Shown: in pieces, positions 8,526 to 16,112 of the stretch | Layout: each line of letters opens with the position of its first letter | Numbering within the stretch: the stretch's first letter is position 1 | Assembly (NCBI GenBank): GCA_028709215.1 | Contig: JAQVXI010000002.1 | Span: 78,880 to 142,879, forward strand | DNA length: 64,000 nt | Direction: 5' to 3' | Source: Bacteroidales bacterium | GTDB taxonomy: Bacteria > Bacteroidota > Bacteroidia > Bacteroidales > UBA1402 | Translations under genes and position numbers: made by a program | Notes under the pieces: model-generated | What the model saw: the letters and a program-made list of their open reading frames with translations, nothing else | The model's database searches: none | Told to the model about the DNA's origin: nothing

Positions 8526-10673
8526 ATGAAAAAAGTCCACCTCTTGTTGCTGACAGCGATTGTTTTGTTGGCCTCTTGTTCCGGCAAAGGCAAACAAGGC
8601 GGTTCCATCGATCGGGAAGCGCTTGTAAAACGGCATCATGTGAACATTCAAACGATTGATTCTTTGTCTTCTTTGTCCGTAGGAAACGGCAATTTTGCAT
8701 TTACGGTTGATGCGACCGGCTTACAAAGTTTTCCCAATTCGTATCGCCTTGGAGTACCTCTGGGCACTCAAGCCCAATGGGGATGGCACAGTTTTCCCAA
8801 CGTACATGGTTTTGAGCCAAAAGATACGTGGAAGGAATACGATTTTCATGGAAAAAAAGAATTGTATGCGACTCAGTTTAACGAAGCGGGTCGTGCACGC
8901 GATGCGGCAAACTACTTGCGCAACAATCCCCACCGGTTGCATCTCGGACACATCGGGCTTCACATGAAACAAAACGACGGAAGTTTGTTTCAACCTTCCG
9001 ATATTCAATCCATTAATCAAACACACAATCTTTGGAACGGATCCATCGAAAGTTCGTTTAAAGCCGGGGAGTATCAAGTGGATGTAGAAACCTTTGTAAC
9101 ACCGGATGCCGATCGGGTTGTTTCCGAAGTACGTTCGACGATGTTTCAAGCGGGAGCAATGTCTGTTTCGTTCCGTTTTGCCTATCCGACCGGCGGACAT
9201 GCAGACGATGCGTGTGATTACAGTAAACCCGATGCGCACAGCAGTAAAATGATTGCTTCCAATGAAAATCTTGCCTTGATTGAACGCACGTTGGACAACG
9301 ATGTCTATTATGTATTGGTACAATGGGAAGGAGATGCTCAATTAAGAGAAACGGACAAACACGTGTTTGAACTGACGCCTTCGACGGAAACGTTACGTTT
9401 TACGACGGAATTTTTGGCCGCGAAACCCAATCTGGATACCCTTGATGCAATTGCGTTTGATGCCGATGAAACCCATACCACACAATGGTGGAATGCGTTT
9501 TGGATGCGTGGTGGTGCCATTGATTTTTCGGATTGCACCGATCCGCGTGCCTTTGAATTGGAGCGCAGAGTGGTTCTTTCTCAACATCTTATGAGTATTC
9601 AATCGGCCGGTATGTATCCTCCACAGGAAACCGGACTGACCTACAACAGTTGGTATGGCAAATTCCATTTGGAAATGCATTGGTGGCACGGAGCTCATTT
9701 CGCGCTTTGGGGACGTCCCGATTTGCTCGAACGCAGCTTGGATTGGTATAATACAGCATTACCCGTTGCAAAATCCATTGCAGAACGACAAGGCTGGAAA
9801 GGTGTTCGTTGGATGAAGATGACCGACCCATCCGCCTTGGAAGCGCCTTCAAAAGTCGGTTCTTTCCTGATTTGGCAACAACCCCACATTATATATATGG
9901 CGGAATTGATGTACCGAAGCAATCCGGACACATCGGTGTTGAATCATTACAAAACATTGGTCTTCGAAACCGCCGAATTTATGGCTGACTTTGTGGACTA
10001 CGAAGAAATTGAAGATCGGTATGTATTGAAAGGAGCCATTCCTGCACAGGAAACCTTGCGTGCTTCCGAAACGGTCAATCCTCCGTTCGAATTAAGTTAT
10101 TGGCATTATGCTCTGTCTACTGCACAGGCCTGGCGTGAACGTTTGGGCATGGAGAAGAATATGGAATGGGAAATCATTCTCGATAAACTATCGCCTCTGG
10201 CGCATCAGGATGGCTTGTATCTTGCAGCCGAAACGGCTTTGGATACCTATGTAGACACACGTTTTACGTCCGACCATATGGCTGTTTTGGGAGCTCTGGG
10301 TATTATGCCGGAATCTCGTCTGGTGCGCAAAGACATCATGACCAATACCTTCAACTGGATTTGGGATAACTGGAACTGGGGTAAAACCTGGGGATGGGAT
10401 TACCCGATGACTGCCATGAGTGCCGCTCGTTTGGGCATGCCGGAACAGGCCATCGGAGCACTTTTGATGGATAAACGTACCAATACATACCTTGTGAATG
10501 GTCACAATTATCAGGACGGTCGTCTGCGTGTGTATTTACCGGGTAACGGTGGTTTGTTGACAGCAGTTGCCATGATGTGTGCCGGTTGGGACGGAAGCGA
10601 AGGGGATGCCCCCGGCTTCCCCAAAGATGGTACATGGAATGTACGCTGGGAAGGTTTGCAACCCATGCCTTAA
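8526..10673 (+). CDS. 715-aa lipoprotein of unknown family; N-terminal beta-rich region plus C-terminal W/H-rich helical region (possible (alpha/alpha)6 glycosidase)
   Basis: Lipobox LLASC|SGKG. The C-terminal ~400 aa is rich in aromatic residues and looks helical (ELERRVVLSQHLMSIQSAGMYPPQETGL, WYGKFHLEMHWWHGAHFALWGRPDLLERSLDWY, FLIWQQPHIIYMAELMY). It sits between GH28 and the secreted proteins of the PUL. The coding call is confident; the function is a guess. Confidence 0.6.
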   Translation: MKKVHLLLLTAIVLLASCSGKGKQGGSIDREALVKRHHVNIQTIDSLSSLSVGNGNFAFTVDATGLQSFPNSYRLGVPLGTQAQWGWHSFPNVHGFEPKDTWKEYDFHGKKELYATQFNEAGRARDAANYLRNNPHRLHLGHIGLHMKQNDGSLFQPSDIQSINQTHNLWNGSIESSFKAGEYQVDVETFVTPDADRVVSEVRSTMFQAGAMSVSFRFAYPTGGHADDACDYSKPDAHSSKMIASNENLALIERTLDNDVYYVLVQWEGDAQLRETDKHVFELTPSTETLRFTTEFLAAKPNLDTLDAIAFDADETHTTQWWNAFWMRGGAIDFSDCTDPRAFELERRVVLSQHLMSIQSAGMYPPQETGLTYNSWYGKFHLEMHWWHGAHFALWGRPDLLERSLDWYNTALPVAKSIAERQGWKGVRWMKMTDPSALEAPSKVGSFLIWQQPHIIYMAELMYRSNPDTSVLNHYKTLVFETAEFMADFVDYEEIEDRYVLKGAIPAQETLRASETVNPPFELSYWHYALSTAQAWRERLGMEKNMEWEIILDKLSPLAHQDGLYLAAETALDTYVDTRFTSDHMAVLGALGIMPESRLVRKDIMTNTFNWIWDNWNWGKTWGWDYPMTAMSAARLGMPEQAIGALLMDKRTNTYLVNGHNYQDGRLRVYLPGNGGLLTAVAMMCAGWDGSEGDAPGFPKDGTWNVRWEGLQPMP

Positions 10674-10705
10674 TGTCGATGTTATACCAATTCTAATAAA
10701 ATAAA

Positions 10706-13264
10706 ATGAAAAAGATCGCCTTCATGATGATGCTGTTGTTGGCCTCGGTTGGTTTTACCGCCCAGGCTGCAACATGGGACTTTGCCAACAAAGGTTTTAG
10801 TGATGCCACCAAAGCCAACTTGGCCGCCGATGCCGCCAATTGGACGGTGAACAACGAGAATCGTTTTACCAATACCACAACCATGTCCGGTGAGCTGATG
10901 GCCAATGGCGTAATCATACCGGAGACTGCTGGAATCTTTTTTGGTTCCATGTCTTCCGGCAAACTCAATATAGACCATGGATACGTACCGCCTCGTGTGA
11001 TGTTGAACGGATCCAATCTAACCTTTTCTTTTAAAGATTTGGAAGCCGGACAAACGATTACACTCGTTACGATGACAGCGAATACTTCTTCTTCGCGCGG
11101 AATTACGTGTTCCAGCAACAATGCAACCCGCATTGCCGGAGAGGAAACATCACTAGAAGAAAATATCAATGTCTTTCAAGTAAATGAAGACGTAGAAGGT
11201 CCGGTAGAAGTACAGTTTAAGACCCTCGTGGGTGGGATTCACATACGATCCGTGACCATCGATGGAGGAGCAATTGATCCGGATGCACCCATTAAGATTG
11301 CCTATTTGTTTGATTCATCGTATGCAAACGGAACCTCACTGGTTGGAACCGAAGAAGATATGATTCTTCAGTATGGTTTGATGCAGAAGGATGTGGTCTC
11401 TATTGACGTAAAAGATCTTACGGATGCCACCAATCAGGTTTTTGTGGATTCACTTGCCGGTCTTCAGCGTAACTACGATGTCGTCGTCATCAGTGAAGCC
11501 ATCTCCAGTAGCCATGCCTTTGGTAAAGCCTTGGTTCATTTGGTCAATCGTGTGCCCATGTTGAATTTAAAATCTTTTTTTTACAAGAGTTCTGTTTGGA
11601 ATTGGGGTTCCGGTGTCAATCCTACCAGTGTGAATAAAGGAGAAGCCGGTGTGACTTCGGTGCAGGTAAACCCTGAATTTCTTGAACATCCCATTTTTGA
11701 AATGGTCGATGTTGAAATGGGCTTGGAATTGTTTACCGGTGATGTCACCGATAAAAATCTGGTTCAGGCGTACACGCCCAGTGCGGGAAGTTTGATCGAA
11801 ACCGACGCCGTACTTGCAACGGTTACAAACGGTACGGATGTATATAATGCGATTCATGAGCATGGTAGTAGCAACGTTTATATGTTGATACCGATGTCAT
11901 CCGATGCATCGCAAACTGTATCTGAGTCGGCCATTCAATTGGTTTTCAATGCTGCGGTATATTTGGCCTCTACAAAAAGTACGGTTGTTCCAGCGGGTAA
12001 ACCCGTGGTTGGTATCGAGTATCGTGACGGTATCAGCATTGTACGCATGTCTTCGTCGACGCCCAGTGCAAACATATATTACACCTTGGATGGAACGGAA
12101 CCTACTGAAGCCAGCCTTTTGTACACCGAACCGTTGCAAATAACTCAGTCGGCTACGGTCAAGGCGATTACAATCCTGCAAGGTTACGACAACAGCTCAG
12201 TGGCGACCGCCGAAGTGCTTGTTAAGACGCAGACTGCAGTACCCGTCGTGAGTATGATCACGATTGAAGGCAATCAGCTCATTCAATTGTCGGCCACGGA
12301 ATCTGCCCGCATTTTTTATACGCTGAATGGAGCCGCTCCCGATACGTTGACAGCTGAGTTCTATACGGAGCCTTTTGTGGTATCCAGACCCAGTCTGTTG
12401 CGTGTAATTGCCTCCGTTTCCGGACAGTTGGTTTCTGAGATTGTTTCGGATTCAGTTCATATCGATGGATATGTCTTACGCAACAAAACGTTGGTTTGGG
12501 CCAATTTTAGCGACCAACCCACTGTTTGGCAATGGGGAGAAGGTAGCAGTACTGGAGATGTGGTCTCAAAATATGCCTATACACTGCCTACCGATGACGA
12601 TCCGACATTAACACCGACTTTGACGGAAGTCGATTTCTTAAATGGTTTTAAAGTGGGCACTTATGGCCAACGCATCAATTTACAGAATACAGGTGTAGCC
12701 GAATCCGGCAATTATAGCCCTGCCTCCGAAGGCGATTTGGGTGCCAGTTCCTTTGCCATGTCCTTTTTGACCACCAATGCCAGTTCCGACCCCACAACGG
12801 CGTATATGGTAACGACCGAAGCGTATGCAGGGCCGTTTGACGTCACGGTTTGGTTTACAGGAGCCAAAAGTACCTCTTACACCGAAAAGCTGGAGATTTC
12901 TATTGCTTCAAGTTTAGATGCTACCGAATGGACGGTATTGGATACCTTGTCGTCAATTGGAGACAAGCTGATCCGTAAGCAAATAGCGTATTACGATTCG
13001 AGCGCTCCGGTTTACGTAAAATTGGCCTCTGCGTCTCAATTGGGAACCAACAGCAACATGATGATTTTTGATCTGAAACTGATGGGTGAGGGTAGCGACC
13101 CCGTTGCGTTGGATCGGACCACGCTGAATAAGACTTTGGTATCGACACGCATCTTTACCGTCGCTGGAACAGAGATTAAAAACTATACGGAAGGAATCAA
13201 TATCCTTCGGAAAACGTATTCCGATGGTTCGGTTCAAATAGAAAAGAAATTGATTAAACAGTGA
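10706..13264 (+). CDS. Secreted multi-domain protein A (852 aa): SP - D1 - D2 - 2x chitobiase/hexosaminidase-C-like repeats - D3 - short T9SS-like C-terminal tail
   Basis: Signal peptide MKKIAFMMMLLLASVGFTAQA. The repeats carry IYYTLDGTEPTEASLLYTEPLQITQSATVKAI and RIFYTLNGAAPDTLTAEFYTEPFVV. The tail reads LVSTRIFTVAGTEIKNYTEGINILRKTYSDGSVQIEKKLIKQ. It is collinear with the next gene. Confidence 0.85.
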   Translation: MKKIAFMMMLLLASVGFTAQAATWDFANKGFSDATKANLAADAANWTVNNENRFTNTTTMSGELMANGVIIPETAGIFFGSMSSGKLNIDHGYVPPRVMLNGSNLTFSFKDLEAGQTITLVTMTANTSSSRGITCSSNNATRIAGEETSLEENINVFQVNEDVEGPVEVQFKTLVGGIHIRSVTIDGGAIDPDAPIKIAYLFDSSYANGTSLVGTEEDMILQYGLMQKDVVSIDVKDLTDATNQVFVDSLAGLQRNYDVVVISEAISSSHAFGKALVHLVNRVPMLNLKSFFYKSSVWNWGSGVNPTSVNKGEAGVTSVQVNPEFLEHPIFEMVDVEMGLELFTGDVTDKNLVQAYTPSAGSLIETDAVLATVTNGTDVYNAIHEHGSSNVYMLIPMSSDASQTVSESAIQLVFNAAVYLASTKSTVVPAGKPVVGIEYRDGISIVRMSSSTPSANIYYTLDGTEPTEASLLYTEPLQITQSATVKAITILQGYDNSSVATAEVLVKTQTAVPVVSMITIEGNQLIQLSATESARIFYTLNGAAPDTLTAEFYTEPFVVSRPSLLRVIASVSGQLVSEIVSDSVHIDGYVLRNKTLVWANFSDQPTVWQWGEGSSTGDVVSKYAYTLPTDDDPTLTPTLTEVDFLNGFKVGTYGQRINLQNTGVAESGNYSPASEGDLGASSFAMSFLTTNASSDPTTAYMVTTEAYAGPFDVTVWFTGAKSTSYTEKLEISIASSLDATEWTVLDTLSSIGDKLIRKQIAYYDSSAPVYVKLASASQLGTNSNMMIFDLKLMGEGSDPVALDRTTLNKTLVSTRIFTVAGTEIKNYTEGINILRKTYSDGSVQIEKKLIKQ
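11288..11980 (+). repeat. D2 module, copy in protein A (aa ~195-425)
   Basis: IKIAYLFDSSYA...YDVVVISEAISSSHAFGKALVHLVNRVPMLNLKSFFYKSSVWNWG...NAIHEHGSSNVYMLIPMS. It aligns by eye with both D2 copies of protein B. Confidence 0.7.
11996..12466 (+). repeat. Tandem pair of ~77-aa chitobiase/beta-hexosaminidase C-terminal-like (Fn3-associated) domains in protein A
   Basis: Each repeat has the pattern (I/R)(Y/F)YT(L)(D/N)G..P....(L/F)YTEP..(I/V)......(K/R)(A/V)I....G...S.V. The equivalent pair in protein B lies at 14755-15228. Confidence 0.7.
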
Positions 13265-13299
13265 TTATAACCCTTATTTCTAACCCAAAACAAAAAAAG

Positions 13300-16041
13300 A
13301 TGAAAAAGAAAAATTTACTCTTTCTTTTTGCGGCGTTGCTTTCTGCAACGAGTTTGTTTGCACAGAAACGCGTCGCGTATGTGTATCAAACCGGCTACAA
13401 TGTGAGCCGGTATGTCTGGGATGCAGAAGGCTACAAGCCTACTCTGGATCCGGTTTACAACGGAATCGCAGCCACCTATGAGGTGACCGATTTTGTGTAT
13501 GCAAGTGCGGATGCACCTGATTTGGAGACCCTTAAAACCTATGATTTAGTTGTTTTGGCTGAAGCCATTTCTGGTGGGTCCGCTTTAGGTAATGCCTTAA
13601 AAGATTTGGTAGGACAGGTTCCGGTATTAAGTCTGAAAGCATACAACTACACCAGTGGTCGTTGGTCTTGGGCAGCTCCGACCAATCCGGCAGCCAAAAC
13701 CCCTTCGGTAACCATCAATCCGGGTTTCGAAAGTCATCCGATTTTTGATGGAGTCACCGGAGCAGGTGGTTTGGTTGAAATCTTTGACGGAACAAACACA
13801 GATAACAACCAGGTTCAAGGGTTTACGACCTTGATTGATGGTGGTTTGATTGAAGCCGACAAAATTATGGCCAACATCACCGGAACGACCACGTCTGCCA
13901 TCCATGAAATCACCACGTTGGATCACAAATATATGTTGATCCCAATTTCAAGTGATGTGTGTACGACCGTTTCTCCCAATGGAGTTAAATTGGTTTTGAA
14001 TGCCTGTGCATACCTAATGGGTGGTGCCGGTGGCTTTGACCCCGATGCTCCGTTCAAAATTGCCTACTTGTATGATTCTTCGTATGCAACCTATGTTGGT
14101 ATTGCCGAGGATCCCATTTACAACTATTCTATTTTGGCAGAAAAAGAAACCGAAGCCATTGATATCAAAGACTTCACGGCTGCTAGTACAGACACCTTAG
14201 CTGCTTTGGAAGGCTACGACTTGATCGTAATCTCAGAAGCCATGGCTAGTGGACATGCATTTGCCAAACCATTGCTGACGTTGGTGAATCGTACCCCTGT
14301 ATTGAATTTCAAATCGTTCTTCTACAAAAATACGGTATGGAATTGGGGAGCAGGAGCCAATCCTTCCTCGGTTAAAACGGTCGATGGTGTGAATGTGATC
14401 AACGTCGCTTCTACCGCCGTCAATCATCCGTTGTTTGAGAACATCGAAGTCATCGACGGTCAAATCGAATTGTTCAACAATGCTGCCGGTGTAAACAAGA
14501 ACATGGTTCAAGGCTATACGGCTTCTGCCAGTGGCCCGATTGCCAACGACAGTGTTTTGGCAACCGTAACTGGTCCTGCAGGAACGTACAATTCCATTCA
14601 CGAACATGGATCCAGCAACATTTATATGTTGATCCCGATGTCTGTGGATGCCTTGATGTGGAACGAAGACATCAATGTATCGGACAATGCCTTCCAAATG
14701 ATTAGCAACGCAGTATATTATTTGTTGGAATCCAAAGGAACGGTTTATCCGGCTGCAGTACCCAGCATGAGTGTTTCGTATGGTGACGGCGTTTCGTATG
14801 TCAGCATGACCACTGCAACGGAAGGAGCAACTATTTATTATACGATCGATGGTAGTGAACCGACGACCAGCAGCAACGTATACTCAGGTACAGTCGAATT
14901 GACGGCTTCTGCTACGGTCAAAGCCATTTCTGCCATGGCCGGTTACAACAACAGTACGGTTGCTTCCATGGATGTTCTTGTGATGTCTAAAGCGGCTACA
15001 CCCGTTATCTCCATCACCGCTGTGGAAGGTGGCAAACAAATCAGTTTGTCTGCTGCTGCCGAAGCGCGTATTTTCTACAGCATTTCCGGTGGTGATCCCG
15101 ATACACTGACCGCTACGCTTTATACAGAACCGTTTGTGGTAACACGTCCGGCATTGATTAAGGCCGTTGCTGCCGAAACCGGCAAATTGGTTTCTGATGT
15201 TGCTGCCGATTCGGCAACCATTGATGGGTACATCAATCGTAATAAAACCTTGGTATGGGCCAACTTCAACGAAGAACCTACTACCTGGACTTGGGCAAAT
15301 ACCGATTCAACAACCACCGATAATGGGGATGTTATTTCAAAATATGCGTACACCACCCCAACCGATGTTGATCCACACTTGACTCCTACTTACAAAGAAG
15401 TGGATTTCCAGAATGGATTTAAGGTCGGAACTTTCGGACAACGCATCAATTTGCAAAAGACGGGTATTGCTGAAACCGGTAATTACAGTTTGGCAACCAG
15501 TGGTGATATCGGTGCAACCGATCGTGCCATGTCATTCCTTACGACGAATGCCGGTTCGGATCCAACGACCGCTTTCATGGTAACGACGACCGCTTATGAC
15601 GGACCATTCGATGTCACGGTTTGGTTTACGGGTGCAAAGAGTACCAGCTACACCGAATTATTGGAAGTGTCGGTTGCCAGCAGCTTGGATGCGACCGAGT
15701 GGACGGTATTGGATACGTTGTCCTCCATTGGAGACAAAAAAATTCGCAAACGTGTGGCTTACTACGATGAAAAAGCGCCTGTATTTGTGAAGTTTGCTTC
15801 TGCATCCAATCTGGGAACCAACAGCAATATGATGATTTTTGACGTGAAATTGATGGGTGAAGGAAACGATCCTGTTTCAGTCGAAAATCCGTCGGTTGAA
15901 AAATCCTTGGTTTCTACACGCATCTTTACGGTATCCGGTATGGAAGTGAAAGCTCCTGTATATGGAATCAACATTGTTCGCAATGTTTATTCTGACGGAT
16001 CTGTTGAAACGAAGAAAGTTTTTGTAAACGATCGATTCTAA
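13300..16041 (+). CDS. Secreted multi-domain protein B (913 aa), paralog of A: SP - D2a - D2b - 2x chitobiase/hexosaminidase-C-like repeats - D3 - short T9SS-like tail
   Basis: The track ORF starts at GTG 13261. ATG 13300 gives MKKKNLLFLFAALLSATSLFAQ. Long stretches are identical to A (GPFDVTVWFTGAKSTSYTE, SSLDATEWTVLDTLSSIGDK, LGTNSNMMIFD). The tail reads LVSTRIFTVSGMEVKAPVYGINIVRNVYSDGSVETKKVFVNDRF. Confidence 0.85.
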   Translation: MKKKNLLFLFAALLSATSLFAQKRVAYVYQTGYNVSRYVWDAEGYKPTLDPVYNGIAATYEVTDFVYASADAPDLETLKTYDLVVLAEAISGGSALGNALKDLVGQVPVLSLKAYNYTSGRWSWAAPTNPAAKTPSVTINPGFESHPIFDGVTGAGGLVEIFDGTNTDNNQVQGFTTLIDGGLIEADKIMANITGTTTSAIHEITTLDHKYMLIPISSDVCTTVSPNGVKLVLNACAYLMGGAGGFDPDAPFKIAYLYDSSYATYVGIAEDPIYNYSILAEKETEAIDIKDFTAASTDTLAALEGYDLIVISEAMASGHAFAKPLLTLVNRTPVLNFKSFFYKNTVWNWGAGANPSSVKTVDGVNVINVASTAVNHPLFENIEVIDGQIELFNNAAGVNKNMVQGYTASASGPIANDSVLATVTGPAGTYNSIHEHGSSNIYMLIPMSVDALMWNEDINVSDNAFQMISNAVYYLLESKGTVYPAAVPSMSVSYGDGVSYVSMTTATEGATIYYTIDGSEPTTSSNVYSGTVELTASATVKAISAMAGYNNSTVASMDVLVMSKAATPVISITAVEGGKQISLSAAAEARIFYSISGGDPDTLTATLYTEPFVVTRPALIKAVAAETGKLVSDVAADSATIDGYINRNKTLVWANFNEEPTTWTWANTDSTTTDNGDVISKYAYTTPTDVDPHLTPTYKEVDFQNGFKVGTFGQRINLQKTGIAETGNYSLATSGDIGATDRAMSFLTTNAGSDPTTAFMVTTTAYDGPFDVTVWFTGAKSTSYTELLEVSVASSLDATEWTVLDTLSSIGDKKIRKRVAYYDEKAPVFVKFASASNLGTNSNMMIFDVKLMGEGNDPVSVENPSVEKSLVSTRIFTVSGMEVKAPVYGINIVRNVYSDGSVETKKVFVNDRF
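13366..14025 (+). repeat. D2a module, extra and degenerate copy in protein B (aa ~23-242)
   Basis: KRVAYVYQTGYN...YDLVVLAEAISGGSALGNALKDLVGQVPVLSLKAYNYTSGRWSWA...SAIHEITTLDHKYMLIPIS. The order of conserved blocks is the same as in D2, but DSS is replaced by QTG and HEHG by HEIT. Confidence 0.65.
14053..14733 (+). repeat. D2b module in protein B (aa ~252-478), positional equivalent of A-D2
   Basis: FKIAYLYDSSYA...YDLIVISEAMASGHAFAKPLLTLVNRTPVLNFKSFFYKNTVWNWG...NSIHEHGSSNIYMLIPMS. Confidence 0.7.
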
Positions 16042-16051
16042 TGTAATCCAA

Positions 16052-16097
16052 CTGCAAAGGGCGGTAGATTCTTTCTGCCGCCCTGTGCAGTTCTTTT
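16052..16097 (+). terminator. Strong intrinsic-terminator-like hairpin inside the PUL, between protein B and the PL1 gene
   Basis: CTGCAAAGGGCGGT (16052-16065) pairs with GCCGCCCTGTGCAG (16077-16090), giving 12 Watson-Crick pairs, 1 G-U pair and 1 mismatch around an 11-nt loop. TTCTTTTAAT follows. Confidence 0.6.
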
Positions 16098-16112
16098 AAT
16101 GCACACATTCAA

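Noticed and set aside
10772-13093. By-eye similarity between D1 of protein A and the D3 module (G-(I/F)-x-(F/V)-G...(K/R)(L/I)N(I/L); ...V.V(Q/K)...(I/L).G endings).
   Set aside because: It rests on a few short patterns only, which could be generic beta-sandwich periodicity. Profile or structure comparison is needed before claiming homology.
10706-16041. Possibility that the A/B pair is an assembly duplication or a recently collapsed repeat.
   Set aside because: Regions with identical peptides differ at many synonymous positions, and the N-terminal modules differ entirely. These are two diverged genes.
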